The translations under genes were made by a program, and so were the position numbers. From Mobula hypostoma (lineage: Eukaryota), in the NCBI RefSeq assembly GCF_963921235.1, contig NC_086097.1, positions 101,930,001 through 101,994,000 on the forward strand: a stretch of DNA of 64,000 nucleotides, given 5' to 3'. The notes under the pieces were generated by a model. It made no database searches. It saw only the letters and a list, made by a program, of their open reading frames with translations, and was not told the DNA's origin. Below, in pieces: positions 35,171-50,100 of this stretch; the first letter of the stretch is position 1; the number at the start of each line of letters is the position of its first letter.

Positions 35171-38100
35171 TTGTGGCTTTTTTTTTCTGTGAGTGAGGGG
35201 ACGAGGATTGTTATTGTTCTTTTCTGTGAGTGAGGGGGTCAGGGATTGTTATTGTTCTTTTCTGTGAGTGAGGGGTCGGGGATTGTTATTATTGTTCTTT
35301 TCTGTGAGTGAGGGCTCAGGGATTGTAATTATTGTTCTTTTCAGTGAGTGAGGGGGTCGGGGATTGTTATTGTTCTTTTCTGTGAGTGAGGACTCGGGGA
35401 TTGTTATTATTGTTCTTTTCTGTGAGTGAGGGGTCGGGGATTGTTATTATTGTTCTTTTCTGTGAGTGAGGGTTTGGGGATTGTTATTGTTGCTCTTTTC
35501 TGTGAGTGAGGGGGTCAGGGATTGTTATTGTTGCTCTTTTCTGTGAGTGAGGGGGTCAGGGATTGTTATTGTTATTCTTTTCTGTGAGTGAGGGTTTGGG
35601 GATTGTTATTGTTGTTCTCTGTGAGTGAGGGGGTCAGGGATTGTTATTGTTCTTTTCAGTGAGTGAGGGTTTGGGGATTGTTATTGTTAATCTTTTCTGT
35701 GAGTGAGGGGGTCGGGTATTGTTATTGTTGTTCTCTGTGAGTGAGGGGGTGAGGGATTGTTATTGTTCTTTTCTGTGAGTGAGGGGGTCAGGGATTGTTA
35801 TTGTTCTTTTCAGTGAGTGAGGGGTCGGGGATTGTTATTGTTGTTCTTTCCTGTGAGTGAGGGGGTCAGGGATTGTTAGCAACATTCTTTTCTGTAAGTG
35901 AGGGTTTGGGGATTGTTATTATTGTTCTTTTCAGTGAGTCGGGGTCGGGGATTGTTATTGTTCTTTTCTGTGAGTGAGGGGGTCAGGGATTGTTATTGTT
36001 CTTTTCAGTGAGTGAGGGGGTCGGGGATTGTTATTATTGTTCTTTTCTGTGAGTGAGGGGGTCAGGGATTGTTATTGTTGTTCTTTTCTGTGAGTGAGGG
36101 GGTCAGGGATTGTTATTGTTGTTCTTTTCTGTGAGTGAGGGGGTCAGGGATTGTTATTGTTGTTCTTTTCTGTGAGTGAGGGGGTCAGGGATTGTTATTG
36201 TTGTTCTTTTCTGTGAGTGAGGGGGTCGGAGATTGTTAGTGACGTTGTTCTTTTCTGTAAGTGAGGGTTTGGGGTTAGTTATTATTGTTGTTTTCTGTGA
36301 GTGAGGGATCGGGAATTGTTATTATCGTTCTTTTCAGTGAGTGAGGGGTCAGGGATTGTTATTGTTATTCTTTTCTGTGAGTGAGAGGTCGGGGATTGTT
36401 ATTATTGTTCTTTTCTGTGAGTGAGGGTTTGGGGATTGTTATTGTTGCTCTTTTCTGTGAGTGAGGGGTCGGGGATTGTTACTGTTGTTCTTTTCAGTGA
36501 GTGAGGGGTCAGGGATTTTTATTGTTGTTCTTTTCTATGAGTGAGGAGGTCGGGGATTGTTATTGTTCTTTTCTATGAGTGAGGGGGTAGGGATTTGTAA
36601 GTGACATTGTTCTTTTTTGTAAGTGAGGGTTTGGGGATTGTTATTATTGTTCTTTTCTGTGAGTGAGGGAGTCGGGGATTGTTAGCGACGTTGTTCTTTT
36701 CTGTATGTGAGGGTTTGGGGTTTGTTATTATTGTTGTTTTCTGTGAGTGAGGGATCGGGAATTGTTATTGTTGTTCTTTTCTGTGAGTGAGGGGTCAGGG
36801 AATGTTATTGTTATTCTTATCTGTGAGTGAGAGGTCGGGGATTGTTATTATTGTTCTTTTCTGCAAGTGAGGGTTTGGGGATTGTTATTGTTGTTCTTTT
36901 CTGTGAGTGAGGGGGTCGGGGATCGTTATTGTTGTTCTTTTCTGTGAGTGAGAGGTCGGGGATTGTTATTGTTCTTTTCTATGAGTGAGGGGGTTGGGGA
37001 TTGTTATTGTTATTCTTTTCTGTGAGTGAGAGGTCGGGGATTGTTAGTGACGTTCTTTTCTGTGAGTGAGAGGTCGGGGATTGTTATTGTTCTTTTCTAT
37101 GAGTGAGGGGGTCGGGGATTGTTATTATTCTTCTTTCCTGTGAGTGAGGGGTTGGGAATTTTTATTATTGTTCTTTTCTGTGAGTGAGGGGGTCAGGGAT
37201 TGTTATTGTTGTTCTTTTCTGTGAGTGAGGGGGTCAGGGATTGTTATTGTTCTTTTCTGTGAGTGAGGGGGTCAGGGATTGTTATTGTTGTTCTTTTCAG
37301 TGAGTGAGGGGGTCGGGGATTGTTATTGGTATTCTTTTCTGTAAGTGAGGGGGTCGGGAATTGTTGTTGTTTCTCTTTTCTGTGAGTGAGGGGGTCAGGG
37401 ATTGTTATCGTTCTTTTCAGTGAGTGAAGGGGTCGGGGATTGTTATTGTTATTCTTTTCTGTGAGTGAGGGTTTGTGGATTGTTATTGTTTTTTTCAGTG
37501 AGTGAGGGGTCGGGGATTGTTATTGTTGTTCTTCTCTGTGAGTGAGTGGTTGGGGATTGTTATTGTTATTCTTTTCTGTGAGTGAGGGTTTGCGGATTGT
37601 TATTATCGTTCTTTTCTGTGAGTGAGGGGTCCCGGATTGTTATTATTGTTCTTTTCTGTGAGTGAGGGGTCGGGGATTGTTATTATTGTTCTTTTCAGTG
37701 AGTGAGGGGTCAGGGATTGTTATTGTTATTCTTTTCTGTGAGTGAGGGGTCGGGAATTGTTATTGTTGTTGTTATTGTTGTTCTTTTCTGTGAGTGAGGT
37801 GTTGGGGATTGTTATTGTTGTTCTTTTCTGTGAGTGAGGGCTCAGGGATTGTTATTGTTCTTTTCAGTGAGTGAGGGGGTCAGGGATTTTTATTGTTGTT
37901 CTTTTCTATGAGTGAGGGGGTCGGGAATTGTTATTGTTGTTCTTTGCTATGAGTGAGGGGGTAGGGATTTGTTAGTGACATTGTTCTTTTTTGTAAGTGA
38001 GGGTTTGGAGATTGTTATTATTGTTCTTTTCTGTGAGTGAGGGGGTCGGGGATTGTTAGCGACGTTGTTCTTTTCTGTAAGTGAGGGTTTGGGGTTTGTT

Positions 38101-41100
38101 ATTATTGTTCTTTTCTGTGAGTGAGGGGTCGGGAATTGTTATTGTTATTTTCTGTGAGTGAGGTGTTGGGGATTGTTATTGTTGTTCTTTTCTGTGAGTG
38201 AGGGGTCGAGGATTGTTATTATTGTTCTTTTCAGTGAGTGAGGGGTCAGCGATTGTTATTGTTATTCTTTTCTGTGAGTGAGGGGTCGGGAATTGTTATT
38301 GTTGTTATTTTCTGTGAGTGAGGTGTTGGGGATTGTTATTGTTGTTCTTTTCTGTGAGTGAGGGGATCAGGGATTGTTATTGTTGTTCTTTTCTGTGAGT
38401 GAGGGGTCAGGGATTGTTATTGTTATTCTTTTCTGTGAGTGAGGTCGGGGATTGTTAGTGACGTTGTTCTTTTCTGTGAGTGAGGGCTCAGGGATTGTTA
38501 TTGTTCTTTTCAGTGAGTGAGCGGTCAGGGATTGTTATTGTTGTTCTTTTCTTATGTGAGGGGGTCGGGAATTGTTATTGTTGTTCTTTGCTATGAGTGA
38601 GGGGGTAGGGATTTGTTAGTGACATTGTTCTTTTTTGTAAGTGAGGGTTTGGAGATTGTTATTATTGTTCTTTTCTGTGAGTGAGGGGATCGGGGATTGT
38701 TAGCGACGTTGTTCTTTTCTGTAAGTGAGGGTTTGGAGTTTGTTATTATTGTTCTTTTCTGTGATGAGGGGTCGGGAATTGTTATTGTTGTTCCTTTCTG
38801 TGAGTGAGGGGTCGGGGATTGTTATTATTCTTTTCAGTGAGTGAGGGGTCAGGGATTGTTATTGTTCTTTTCTCTGAGTGAAGGGGTCAGGGATTGTTAT
38901 TGTTCTTTTCTGTGAGTGAGGGGTCAGGGATTGTTATTGTTTTTTTCAGTGAGTGAGGGGTCGGGGATTGTTAGTGACGTTGTTCTTTTCTGTAAGTGAG
39001 GGGGTCGGGGATTGTTATTGTTATTCATTTCTGTGAGTGAGGGTTTGGGGATTGTTATTGTTCTTCTCTGTGAGTGAGGGGTTTGGGGATTGTTATTATT
39101 GCTCTTTTCTGTGGAGTGAGGGGGTCAGGGATTGTTAGTGACGTTGTTCTTTTCTGTAAGTGAGGGTTTGGGAATTGTTATTATTGTTCTTTTCAGTGAG
39201 TGAGAGGTCGGGGATTGTTATTGTTCCTCTTTTCTGTGAGTGAGGGGGTCAGGGATTGTTATTATTGTTCTTTTCTGTGAGTGAGGCTTTGGTGATTGTT
39301 ATTATTGTTCTTTTCTGTGAGTGAGGGGGTCGGGGATTGTTATTGTTGTTCTTTTCTATTAGTGAGGGAGTCGGGGATTGTTAGTGATATTGTTCTTTTC
39401 TGTAAGTGAGGGGGTCAGGGATTGTTATTGGTATTCTTTTCTGTAAGTGAGGGGGTCGGGAATTGTTGTTGTTTCTCTTTTCTGTGAGTGAGGGGGTCAG
39501 GGATTGTTATTATTGTTCTTTTCTGTGAGTGAGGGGTCAGGGATTGTTATTGGTATTTTTTTCTGTGAGTGAGGCTTTGGGGATTGTTATTGTTCTTCTC
39601 TGTGAGTGAGGGGGTCAGGGATTGTTATCGTTCTTTTCAGTGAGTGAAGGGGTCGGGGATTGTTATTGTTATTCTTTTCTGTGAGTGAGGGTTTGTGGAT
39701 TGTTATTGTTTTTTTCAGTGAGTGAGGGGTCGGGGATTGTTATTATTGTTCTTTTCTGTGAGTGAGGGGGTCGGGGATTGTTAGTGACGTTGTTCTTTTC
39801 TGTGAGTGAGGGCTCAGGGATTGTTATTGTTCTTTTCTGTGAGTGAGGGGGTCAGGGATTGTTATTGTTGTTCTTTTCTGTGAGTGAGGGGTCGGGAATT
39901 GTTATTGTTGTTCTTTTCTGTGAGTGAGGGGTCCCGGATTGTTATTATTGTTCTTTTCAGTGAGTGAGGGGTTCAGGGATTTTTATTGTTGTTCTTTTCT
40001 ATGAGTGAGGGGGTCGGGGATTGTTATTGTTGTTCTTTTCTATGAGTGAGGGGGTAGGGATTTGTTAGTGACATTGTTCTTTTTTGTAAGTGAGGGTTTG
40101 GAGATTGTTATTATTGTTCTTTTCTGTGAGCGAGGGGGTCGGGGATTGTTAGCGACGTTCTTTTCTGTAAGTGAGGGTTTGGGGTTTGTTATTATTGTTC
40201 TTTTCTGTGATGAGGGGTCGGGAATTGTTATTGTTCTTTTCTGTAAGTGAGGGGTCGGGAATTGTTATTATTGTTCTTTTCAGTGAGTGAGAGGTTGGGG
40301 ATTGTTATTGTTGCTCTTTTCTGTGAGTGAGGGGGTCAGGGATTGTTATTGTTCTTTTCTGTGAGTGAGGGGTCAGGGATTGTTATTGTTTTTTTCAGTG
40401 AGTGAGGGGTCGGGGATTGTTAGTGACGTTGTTCTTTTCTGTAAGTGAGGGGGTCGGGGATTGTTATTGTTATTCATTTCTGTGAGTGAGGGTTTGGGGA
40501 TTGTTATTGTTCTTCTCTGTGAGTGAGGGGTTTGGGGATTGTTATTATTGCTCTTTTCTGTGGAGTGAGGGGGTCAGGGATTGTTAGTGACGTTGTTCTT
40601 TTCTGTAAGTGAGGGTTTGGGAATTGTTATTATTGTTCTTTTCAGTGAGTGAGAGGTCGGGGATTGTTATTGTTCCTCTTTTCTGTGAGTGAGGGGGTCA
40701 GGGATTGTTATTATTGTTCTTTTCTGTGAGTGAGTCTTTGGTGATTGTTATTATTGTTCTTTTCTGTGAGTGAGGGGGTCGGGGATTGTTATTGTTGTTC
40801 TTTTCTATTAGTGAGGGAGTCGGGGATTGTTAGTGATATTGTTCTTTTCTGTAAGTGAGGGGGTCAGGGATTGTTATTGGTATTCTTTTCTGTAAGTGAG
40901 GGGGTCGGGAATTGTTGTTGTTTCTCTTTTCTGTGAGTGAGGGGGTCAGGGATTGTTATTATTGTTCTTTTCTGTGAGTGAGGGGTCAGGGATTGTTATT
41001 GGTATTTTTTTCTGTGAGTGAGGCTTTGGGGATTGTTATTGTTCTTCTCTGTGAGTGAGGGGGTCAGGGATTGTTATCGTTCTTTTCAGTGAGTGAAGGG

Positions 41101-44100
41101 GTCGGGGATTGTTATTGTTATTCTTTTCTGTGAGTGAGGGTTTGTGGATTGTTATTGTTTTTTTCAGTGAGTGAGGGGTCGGGGATTGTTATTATTGTTC
41201 TTTTCTGTGAGTGAGGGGGTCGGGGATTGTTAGTGACGTTGTTCTTTTCTGTGAGTGAGGGCTCAGGGATTGTTATTGTTCTTTTCTGTGAGTGAGGGGG
41301 TCAGGGATTGTTATTGTTGTTCTTTTCTGTGAGTGAGGGGTCGGGAATTGTTATTGTTGTTCTTTTCTGTGAGTGAGGGGTCCCGGATTGTTATTATTGT
41401 TCTTTTCAGTGAGTGAGGGGTTCAGGGATTTTTATTGTTGTTCTTTTCTATGAGTGAGGGGGTCGGGGATTGTTATTGTTGTTCTTTTCTATGAGTGAGG
41501 GGGTAGGGATTTGTTAGTGACATTGTTCTTTTTTGTAAGTGAGGGTTTGGAGATTGTTATTATTGTTCTTTTCTGTGAGCGAGGGGGTCGGGGATTGTTA
41601 GCGACGTTCTTTTCTGTAAGTGAGGGTTTGGGGTTTGTTATTATTGTTCTTTTCTGTGATGAGGGGTCGGGAATTGTTATTGTTCTTTTCTGTAAGTGAG
41701 GGGTCGGGAATTGTTATTATTGTTCTTTTCAGTGAGTGAGAGGTTGGGGATTGTTATTGTTGCTCTTTTCTGTGAGTGAGGGGGTCATGGATTGTTTTTG
41801 TTAATCTTTTCTGTGAGTGAGGCTTTGGCGATTGTTATTGTTCTTCTCTGTGAGTGAGAGGATCAGGGATTGTTATCGTTCTTTTCAGTGAGTGAAGGGG
41901 TCGGGGATTGTTATTATTGTTCTTTTCTGTGAGTGAGGAGGCCGGGGATTGTTAGTGACGTTGTTCTTTTCTGTAAGTGAGTGCTCAGGGATTGTTATTA
42001 TTCTTTTCAGTGAGTGAGGGGTCAGGGATTGTTATTGTTATTCTTTTCTGTGAGTGAGGGGGTCGGGGATTATTAGTGACGTTGTTCTTTTCTGTGAGTG
42101 AGGGCTCAGGGATTGTTATTGTTCTTTTCAGTGAGTGAGGGATCTGGGATTTTTATTGTTGTTCTTTTCTATGAGTGAGGGGGTCGGGGATTGTTATTAT
42201 TGTTCTTTTCTATGAGTGAGGGGGTAGGGATTTGTTAGTGACATTGTTCTTTTTTGTAAGTGAGGGTTTGGGGATTGTTATTGTTGTTCTTTTCTGTGAG
42301 TGAGGGGGTCGGGAATTGTTAGCGACGTTGTTCTTTTCTGTAAGTGAGGGTTTGAGTTTTGTTATTATTGTTCTTTTCTGTGAGTGAGGGGTCGGGAATT
42401 GTTAGTGACGTTGTTCTTTTCTGTAAGTGAGGGTTTGGGGATTGTTATTATTGTTCTTTTCTGTGAGTGAGGGGTCGGGAATTGTTATTGTTGTTCTTTT
42501 CTGTGAGTGAGGGGTCGGGGATTGTTATTATTGTTCTTTTCAGTGAGTGAGGGGTCAGGGATTTTTATTCTTGTTCTTTGCTATGAGTGAGGGGGTAGGG
42601 ATTTGTTAGTGACATTGTTCTTTTTTGTAAGTGAGGGTTTGGGGATTGTTATTGTTGTTCTTTTCTATGAGTGAGGGGGTCGGGGATTGTTATTCTTGTT
42701 CTTTGCTATGAGTGAGGGGGTAGGGATTGTTATTGTTATTCTTTTCTGTGAGTGAGGGGTCAGGGATTTTTATTGTTGTTCTTTTCTATGAGTGAGGGGT
42801 CAGGGATTTTTATTGTTGTTCTTTTCTATGAGTGAGGGGGTCGGGGATTGTTATTGTTGTTCTTTTCTATGAGTGAGGGGGTAGGGATTTGTTAGTGACA
42901 TTGTTCTTTTTTGTAAGTGAGGGTTTGGGGATTGTTATTATTGTTCTTTTCTGTGAGTGAGGGCGTCGGGGATTGTTAGCGACGTTGTTCTTTTCTGTAA
43001 GTGAGGGTTTGAGTTTTGTTATTATTGTTCTTTTCTGTGAGTGAGGGGTCGGGAATTGTTATTGTTCTTCTTTTCTGTGAGCGAGGGGGTCGGGGATTGT
43101 TAGTGACGTTCTTTTCTGTAAGTGAGGGTTTGGGGTTTGTTATTATTGTTCTTTTCTGTGAGTGAGGGGTCGGGAATTGTTATTGTTGTTCTTTTCTATG
43201 AGTGAGGGGGTCGGGGATTGTTATTATTGTTCTTTTCTATGAGTGAGGGGGTAGGGATTTGTTAGTGACATTGTTCTTTTTTGTAAGTGAGGGTTTGGGG
43301 ATTGTTATTGTTCTTTTCTGTGAGTGAGGGGGTCGGGGATTGTTAGCGACATTGTTCTTTTCTGTAAGTGAGGGTTTGGGGTTTGTTATTATTGTTCTTT
43401 TCTGTGAGTGAGGGGTTGGGAATTGTTATTGTTGTTCTTTTCTATGAGTGAGGGGTCGGGGATTGTTATTATTCTTTTCAGTGAGTGAGGGGTCAGGGAT
43501 TGTTATTGTTATTTTCTGTGAGTGAGGAGGTCGGTGATTGTTATTGTTATTCTTTTCTGTGAGTGAGCGGTCGGGGATTGTTATTGTTGTTCTTTTCTGT
43601 GAGTGAGGGGGTCGGGGATTGTTATTGTTGTTCTTTTCTATTAGTGAGGGAGTCGGGGATTGTTAGTGATATTGTTCTTTTCTCTAAGTGAGGGGGTCAG
43701 GGATTGTTATTGGTATTCTTTTCTGTAAGTGAGGGGGTCGGGAATTGTTGTTGTTTCTCTTTTCTGTGAGTGAGGGGGTCAGGGATTGTTATTGGTTTTT
43801 TTTCTGTGAGTGAGGCTTTGGGGATTGTTATTGTTCTTTTCTGTGAGTGAGGGGGTCGGGGATTGTTAGTGACGTTGTTCTTTTCTGTGAGTGAGGGCTC
43901 AGGGATTGTTATTGTTCTTTTCTGTGAGTGAGGGGGTCAGGGATTGTTATTGTTGTTCTTTTCTGTGAGTGAGGGGTCCCGGATTGTTATTATTGTTCTT
44001 TTCAGTGAGTGAGGGGTTCAGGGATTTTTATTGTTGTTCTTTTCTATGAGTGAGGGGGTCGGGGATTGTTATTGTTGTTCTTTTCTATGAGTGAGGGGGT

Positions 44101-47100
44101 AGGGATTTGTTAGTGACATTGTTCTTTTTTGTAAGTGAGGGTTTGGAGATTGTTATTATTGTTCTTTTCTGTGAGTGAGGGGGTCGGGGATTGTTAGCGA
44201 CGTTCTTTTCTGTAAGTGAGGGTTTGGGGTTTGTTGTTATTGTTCTTTTCTGTGATGAGGGGTCGGGAATTGTTATTGTTGTTCTTTTCTGTAAGTGAGG
44301 GGTCGGGGATTGTTATTATTGTTCTTTTCAGTGAGTGAGAGGTTGGGGATTGTTATTGTTGCTCTTTTCTGTGAGTGAGGGGGTCATGGATTGTTTTTGT
44401 TAATCTTTTCTGTGAGTGAGGCTTTGGCGATTGTTATTGTTCTTCTCTGTGAGTGAGAGGATCAGGGATTGTTATCGTTCTTTTCAGTGAGTGAAGGGGT
44501 CGGGGATTGTTATTATTGTTCTTTTCTGTGAGTGAGGAGGCCGGGGATTGTTAGTGACGTTGTTCTTTTCTGTAAGTGAGTGCTCAGGGATTGTTATTAT
44601 TCTTTTCAGTGAGTGAGGGGTCAGGGATTGTTATTGTTATTCTTTTCTGTGAGTGAGGGGGTCGGGGATTATTAGTGACGTTGTTCTTTTCTGTGAGTGA
44701 GGGCTCAGGGATTGTTATTGTTCTTTTCAGTGAGTGAGGGATCTGGGATTTTTATTGTTGTTCTTTTCTATGAGTGAGGGGGTCGGGGATTGTTATTATT
44801 GTTCTTTTCTATGAGTGAGGGGGTAGGGATTTGTTAGTGACATTGTTCTTTTTTGTAAGTGAGGGTTTGGGGATTGTTATTATTGTTCTTTTCTGTGAGT
44901 GAGGGCGTCGGGGATTGTTAGTGACGTTCTTTTCTGTAAGTGAGGGTTTGAGTTTTGTTATTATTGTTCTTTTCTGTGAGTGAGGGGTCGGGGATTGTTA
45001 GTGACGTTGTTCTTTTCTGTAAGTGAGGGTTTGGGGTTTGTTATTATTGTTCTTTTCTGTGAGTGAGGGCTCAGGGATTGTTATTGTTCTTTTCAGTGAG
45101 TGTGGGGTCAGGGATTTTTATTGTTGTTCTTTTCTATGAGTGAGGGGGTCGGGGATTGTTATTCTTGTTCTTTGCTATGAGTGAGGGGGTAGGGATTTGT
45201 TAGTGACATTGTTCTTTTTTGTAAGTGAGGGTTTGGGGATTGTTATTGTTGTTCTTTTCTGTGAGTGAGGGCGTCGGGGATTGTTAGCGACGTTGTTCTT
45301 TTCTGTAAGTGAGGGTTTGAGTTTTGTTATTATTGTTCTTTTCTGTGAGTGAGGGGTCGGGAATTGTTAGTGACGTTGTTCTTTTCTGTAAGTGAGGGTT
45401 TGGGGTTTGTTATTATTGTTCTTTTCTGTGAGTGAGGGGTCGGAAATTGTTATTGTTGTTCTTTTCTGTGAGTGAGGGGTCGGGGATTGTTATTATTGTT
45501 CTTTTCAGTGAGTGTGGGGTCAGGGATTTTTATTGTTGTTCTTTTCAGTGAGTGTGGGGTCAGGGATTTTTATTGTTGTTCTTTTCTATGAGTGAGGGGG
45601 TCGGGGATTGTTATTCTTGTTCTTTGCTATGAGTGAGGGGGTAGGGATTTGTTAGTGACATTGTTCTTTTTTGTAAGTGAGGGTTTGGGGATTGTTATTA
45701 TTGTTCTTTTCAGTGAGTGTGGGGTCAGGGATTTTTATTGTTGTTCTTTTCTATGAGTGAGGGGGTCGGGGATTGTTATTGTTGTTCTTTTCTATGAGTG
45801 AGGGGGTAGGGATTTGTTAGTGACATTGTTCTTTTTTGTAAGTGAGGGTTTGGGGATTGTTATTGTTGTTCTTTTCAGTGAGTGAGGGGTCAGGGATTGT
45901 TATTGTTATTCTTTTCTGTGAGTGAGGGGGTCGGGGATTATTAGTGACGTTGTTCTTTTCTGTGAGTGAGGGCTCAGGGATTGTTATTGTTCTTTTCAGT
46001 GAGTGAGGGATCTGGGATTTTTATTGTTGTTTTTTTCTATGAGTGAGGGGGTCGGGGATTGTTATTATTGTTCTTTTCTATGAGTGAGGGGGTAGGGATT
46101 TGTTAGTGACATTGTTCTTTTTTGTAAGTGAGGGTTTGGGGATTGTTATTATTGTTCTTTTCTGTGAGTGAGGGCGTCGGGGATTGTTAGTGACGTTCTT
46201 TTCTGTAAGTGAGGGTTTGAGTTTTGTTATTATTGTTCTTTTCTGTGAGTGAGGGGTCGGGGATTGTTAGTGACGTTGTTCTTTTCTGTAAGTGAGGGTT
46301 TGGGGTTTGTTATTATTGTTCTTTTCTGTGAGTGAGGGCTCAGGGATTGTCATTGTTCTTTTCAGTGAGTGTGGGGTCAGGGATTTTTATTGTTGTTCTT
46401 TTCTATGAGTGAGGGGGTCGGGGATTTTTATTGTTGTTCTTTTCTATGAGTGAGGGGGTAGGGATTTGTTAGTGACATTGTTCTTTTTTGTAAGTGAGGG
46501 TTTGGGGATTGTTATTGTTGTTCTTTTCTGTGAGTGAGGGCGTCGGGGATTGTTAGCGACGTTGTTCTTTTCTGTAAGTGAGGGTTTGAGTTTTGTTATT
46601 ATTGTTCTTTTCTGTGAGTGAGGGGTCGGGAATTGTTAGTGACGTTGTTCTTTTCTGTAAGTGAGGGTTTGGGGTTTGTTATTATTGTTCTTTTCTGTGA
46701 GTGAGGGGTCGGAAATTGTTATTGTTGTTCTTTTCTGTGAGTGAGGGGGTCAGGGATTGTTATTGTTGTTCTTTTCTGTGAGTGAGGGGTCCCGGATTGT
46801 TATTATTGTTCTTTTCAGTGAGTGAGGGGTTCAGGGATTTTTATTGTTGTTCTTTTCTATGAGTGAGGGGGTCGGGGATTGTTATTGTTGTTCTTTTCTA
46901 TGAGTGAGGGGGTAGGGATTTGTTAGTGACATTGTTCTTTTTTGTAAGTGAGGGTTTGGAGATTGTTATTATTGTTCTTTTCTGTGAGTGAGGGGGTCGG
47001 GGATTGTTAGCGACGTTCTTTTCTGTAAGTGAGGGTTTGGGGTTTGTTGTTATTGTTCTTTTCTGTGATGAGGGGTCGGGAATTGTTATTGTTGTTCTTT

Positions 47101-50100
47101 TCTGTAAGTGAGGGGTCGGGGATTGTTATTATTGTTCTTTTCAGTGAGTGAGAGGTTGGGGATTGTTATTGTTGCTCTTTTCTGTGAGTGAGGGGGTCAT
47201 GGATTGTTTTTGTTAATCTTTTCTGTGAGTGAGGCTTTGGCGATTGTTATTGTTCTTCTCTGTGAGTGAGAGGATCAGGGATTGTTATCGTTCTTTTCAG
47301 TGAGTGAAGGGGTCGGGGATTGTTATTATTGTTCTTTTCTGTGAGTGAGGAGGCCGGGGATTGTTAGTGACGTTGTTCTTTTCTGTAAGTGAGTGCTCAG
47401 GGATTGTTATTATTCTTTTCAGTGAGTGAGGGGTCAGGGATTGTTATTGTTATTCTTTTCTGTGAGTGAGGGGGTCGGGGATTATTAGTGACGTTGTTCT
47501 TTTCTGTGAGTGAGGGCTCAGGGATTGTTATTGTTCTTTTCAGTGAGTGAGGGATCTGGGATTTTTATTGTTGTTCTTTTCTATGAGTGAGGGGGTCGGG
47601 GATTGTTATTATTGTTCTTTTCTATGAGTGAGGGGGTAGGGATTTGTTAGTGACATTGTTCTTTTTTGTAAGTGAGGGTTTGGGGATTGTTATTATTGTT
47701 CTTTTCTGTGAGTGAGGGCGTCGGGGATTGTTAGTGACGTTCTTTTCTGTAAGTGAGGGTTTGAGTTTTGTTATTATTGTTCTTTTCTGTGAGTGAGGGG
47801 TCGGGGATTGTTAGTGACGTTGTTCTTTTCTGTAAGTGAGGGTTTGGGGTTTGTTATTATTGTTCTTTTCTGTGAGTGAGGGCTCAGGGATTGTTATTGT
47901 TCTTTTCAGTGAGTGTGGGGTCAGGGATTTTTATTGTTGTTCTTTTCTATGAGTGAGGGGGTCGGGGATTGTTATTCTTGTTCTTTGCTATGAGTGAGGG
48001 GGTAGGGATTTGTTAGTGACATTGTTCTTTTTTGTAAGTGAGGGTTTGGGGATTGTTATTGTTGTTCTTTTCTGTGAGTGAGGGCGTCGGGGATTGTTAG
48101 CGACGTTGTTCTTTTCTGTAAGTGAGGGTTTGAGTTTTGTTATTATTGTTCTTTTCTGTGAGTGAGGGGTCGGGAATTGTTAGTGACGTTGTTCTTTTCT
48201 GTAAGTGAGGGTTTGGGGTTTGTTATTATTGTTCTTTTCTGTGAGTGAGGGGTCGGAAATTGTTATTGTTGTTCTTTTCTGTGAGTGAGGGGTCGGGGAT
48301 TGTTATTATTGTTCTTTTCAGTGAGTGTGGGGTCAGGGATTTTTATTGTTGTTCTTTTCAGTGAGTGTGGGGTCAGGGATTTTTATTGTTGTTCTTTTCT
48401 ATGAGTGAGGGGGTCGGGGATTGTTATTCTTGTTCTTTGCTATGAGTGAGGGGGTAGGGATTTGTTAGTGACATTGTTCTTTTTTGTAAGTGAGGGTTTG
48501 GGGATTGTTATTATTGTTCTTTTCAGTGAGTGTGGGGTCAGGGATTTTTATTGTTGTTCTTTTCTATGAGTGAGGGGGTCGGGGATTGTTATTGTTGTTC
48601 TTTGCTATGAGTGAGGGGGTAGGGATTTGTTAGTGACATTGTTCTTTTTTGTAAGTGAGGGTTTGGGGATTGTTATTGTTGTTCTTTTCAGTGAGTGAGG
48701 GGTCAGGGATTGTTATTGTTATTCTTTTCTGTGAGTGAGGGGGTCGGGGATTATTAGTGACGTTGTTCTTTTCTGTGAGTGAGGGCTCAGGGATTGTTAT
48801 TGTTCTTTTCAGTGAGTGAGGGATCTGGGATTTTTATTGTTGTTCTTTTCTATGAGTGAGGGGGTCGGGGATTGTTATTATTGTTCTTTTCTATGAGTGA
48901 GGGGGTAGGGATTTGTTAGTGACATTGTTCTTTTTTGTAAGTGAGGGTTTGGGGATTGTTATTATTGTTCTTTTCTGTGAGTGAGGGCGTCGGGGATTGT
49001 TAGTGACGTTCTTTTCTGTAAGTGAGGGTTTGAGTTTTGTTATTATTGTTCTTTTCTGTGAGTGAGGGGTCGGGGATTGTTAGTGACGTTGTTCTTTTCT
49101 GTAAGTGAGGGTTTGGGGTTTGTTATTATTGTTCTTTTCTGTGAGTGAGGGCTCAGGGATTGTCATTGTTCTTTTCAGTGAGTGTGGGGTCAGGGATTTT
49201 TATTGTTGTTCTTTTCTATGAGTGAGGGGGTCGGGGATTTTTATTGTTGTTCTTTTCTATGAGTGAGGGGGTAGGGATTTGTTAGTGACATTGTTCTTTT
49301 TTGTAAGTGAGGGTTTGGGGATTGTTATTGTTGTTCTTTTCTGTGAGTGAGGGCGTCGGGGATTGTTAGCGACGTTGTTCTTTTCTGTAAGTGAGGGTTT
49401 GAGTTTTGTTATTATTGTTCTTTTCTGTGAGTGAGGGGTCGGGAATTGTTAGTGACGTTGTTCTTTTCTGTAAGTGAGGGTTTGGGGTTTGTTATTATTG
49501 TTCTTTTCTGTGAGTGAGGGGTCGGAAATTGTTATTGTTGTTCTTTTCTGTGAGTGAGGGGTCGGGGATTGTTATTATTGTTCTTTTCAGTGAGTGTGGG
49601 GTCAGGGATTTTTATTGTTGTTCTTTTCAGTGAGTGTGGGGTCAGGGATTTTTATTGTTGTTCTTTTCTATGAGTGAGGGGGTTGGGGATTGTTATTCTT
49701 GTTCTTTGCTATGAGTGAGGGGGTAGGGATTTGTTAGTGACATTGTTGTTTTTGTAAGTGAGGGTTTGGGGATTGTTATTATTGTTCTTTTCAGTGAGTG
49801 TGGGGTCAGGGATTTTTATTGTTGTTCTTTTCTATGAGTGAGGGGGTCGGGGATTGTTATTGTTGTTCTTTGCTATGAGTGAGGGGGTAGGGATTTGTTA
49901 GTGACATTGTTCTTTTTTGTAAGTGAGGGTTTGGGGATTGTTATTGTTGTTCTTTTCTGTGAGTGAGGGGTCAGGGATTTTTATTGTTGTTCTTTTCTAT
50001 GAGTGAGGGGTCAGGGATATTTATTGTTGTTCTTTTCTATGAGTGAGGGGGTCGGGGATTGTTATTGTTGTTCTTTTCTATAAGTGAGGGGGTAGGGATT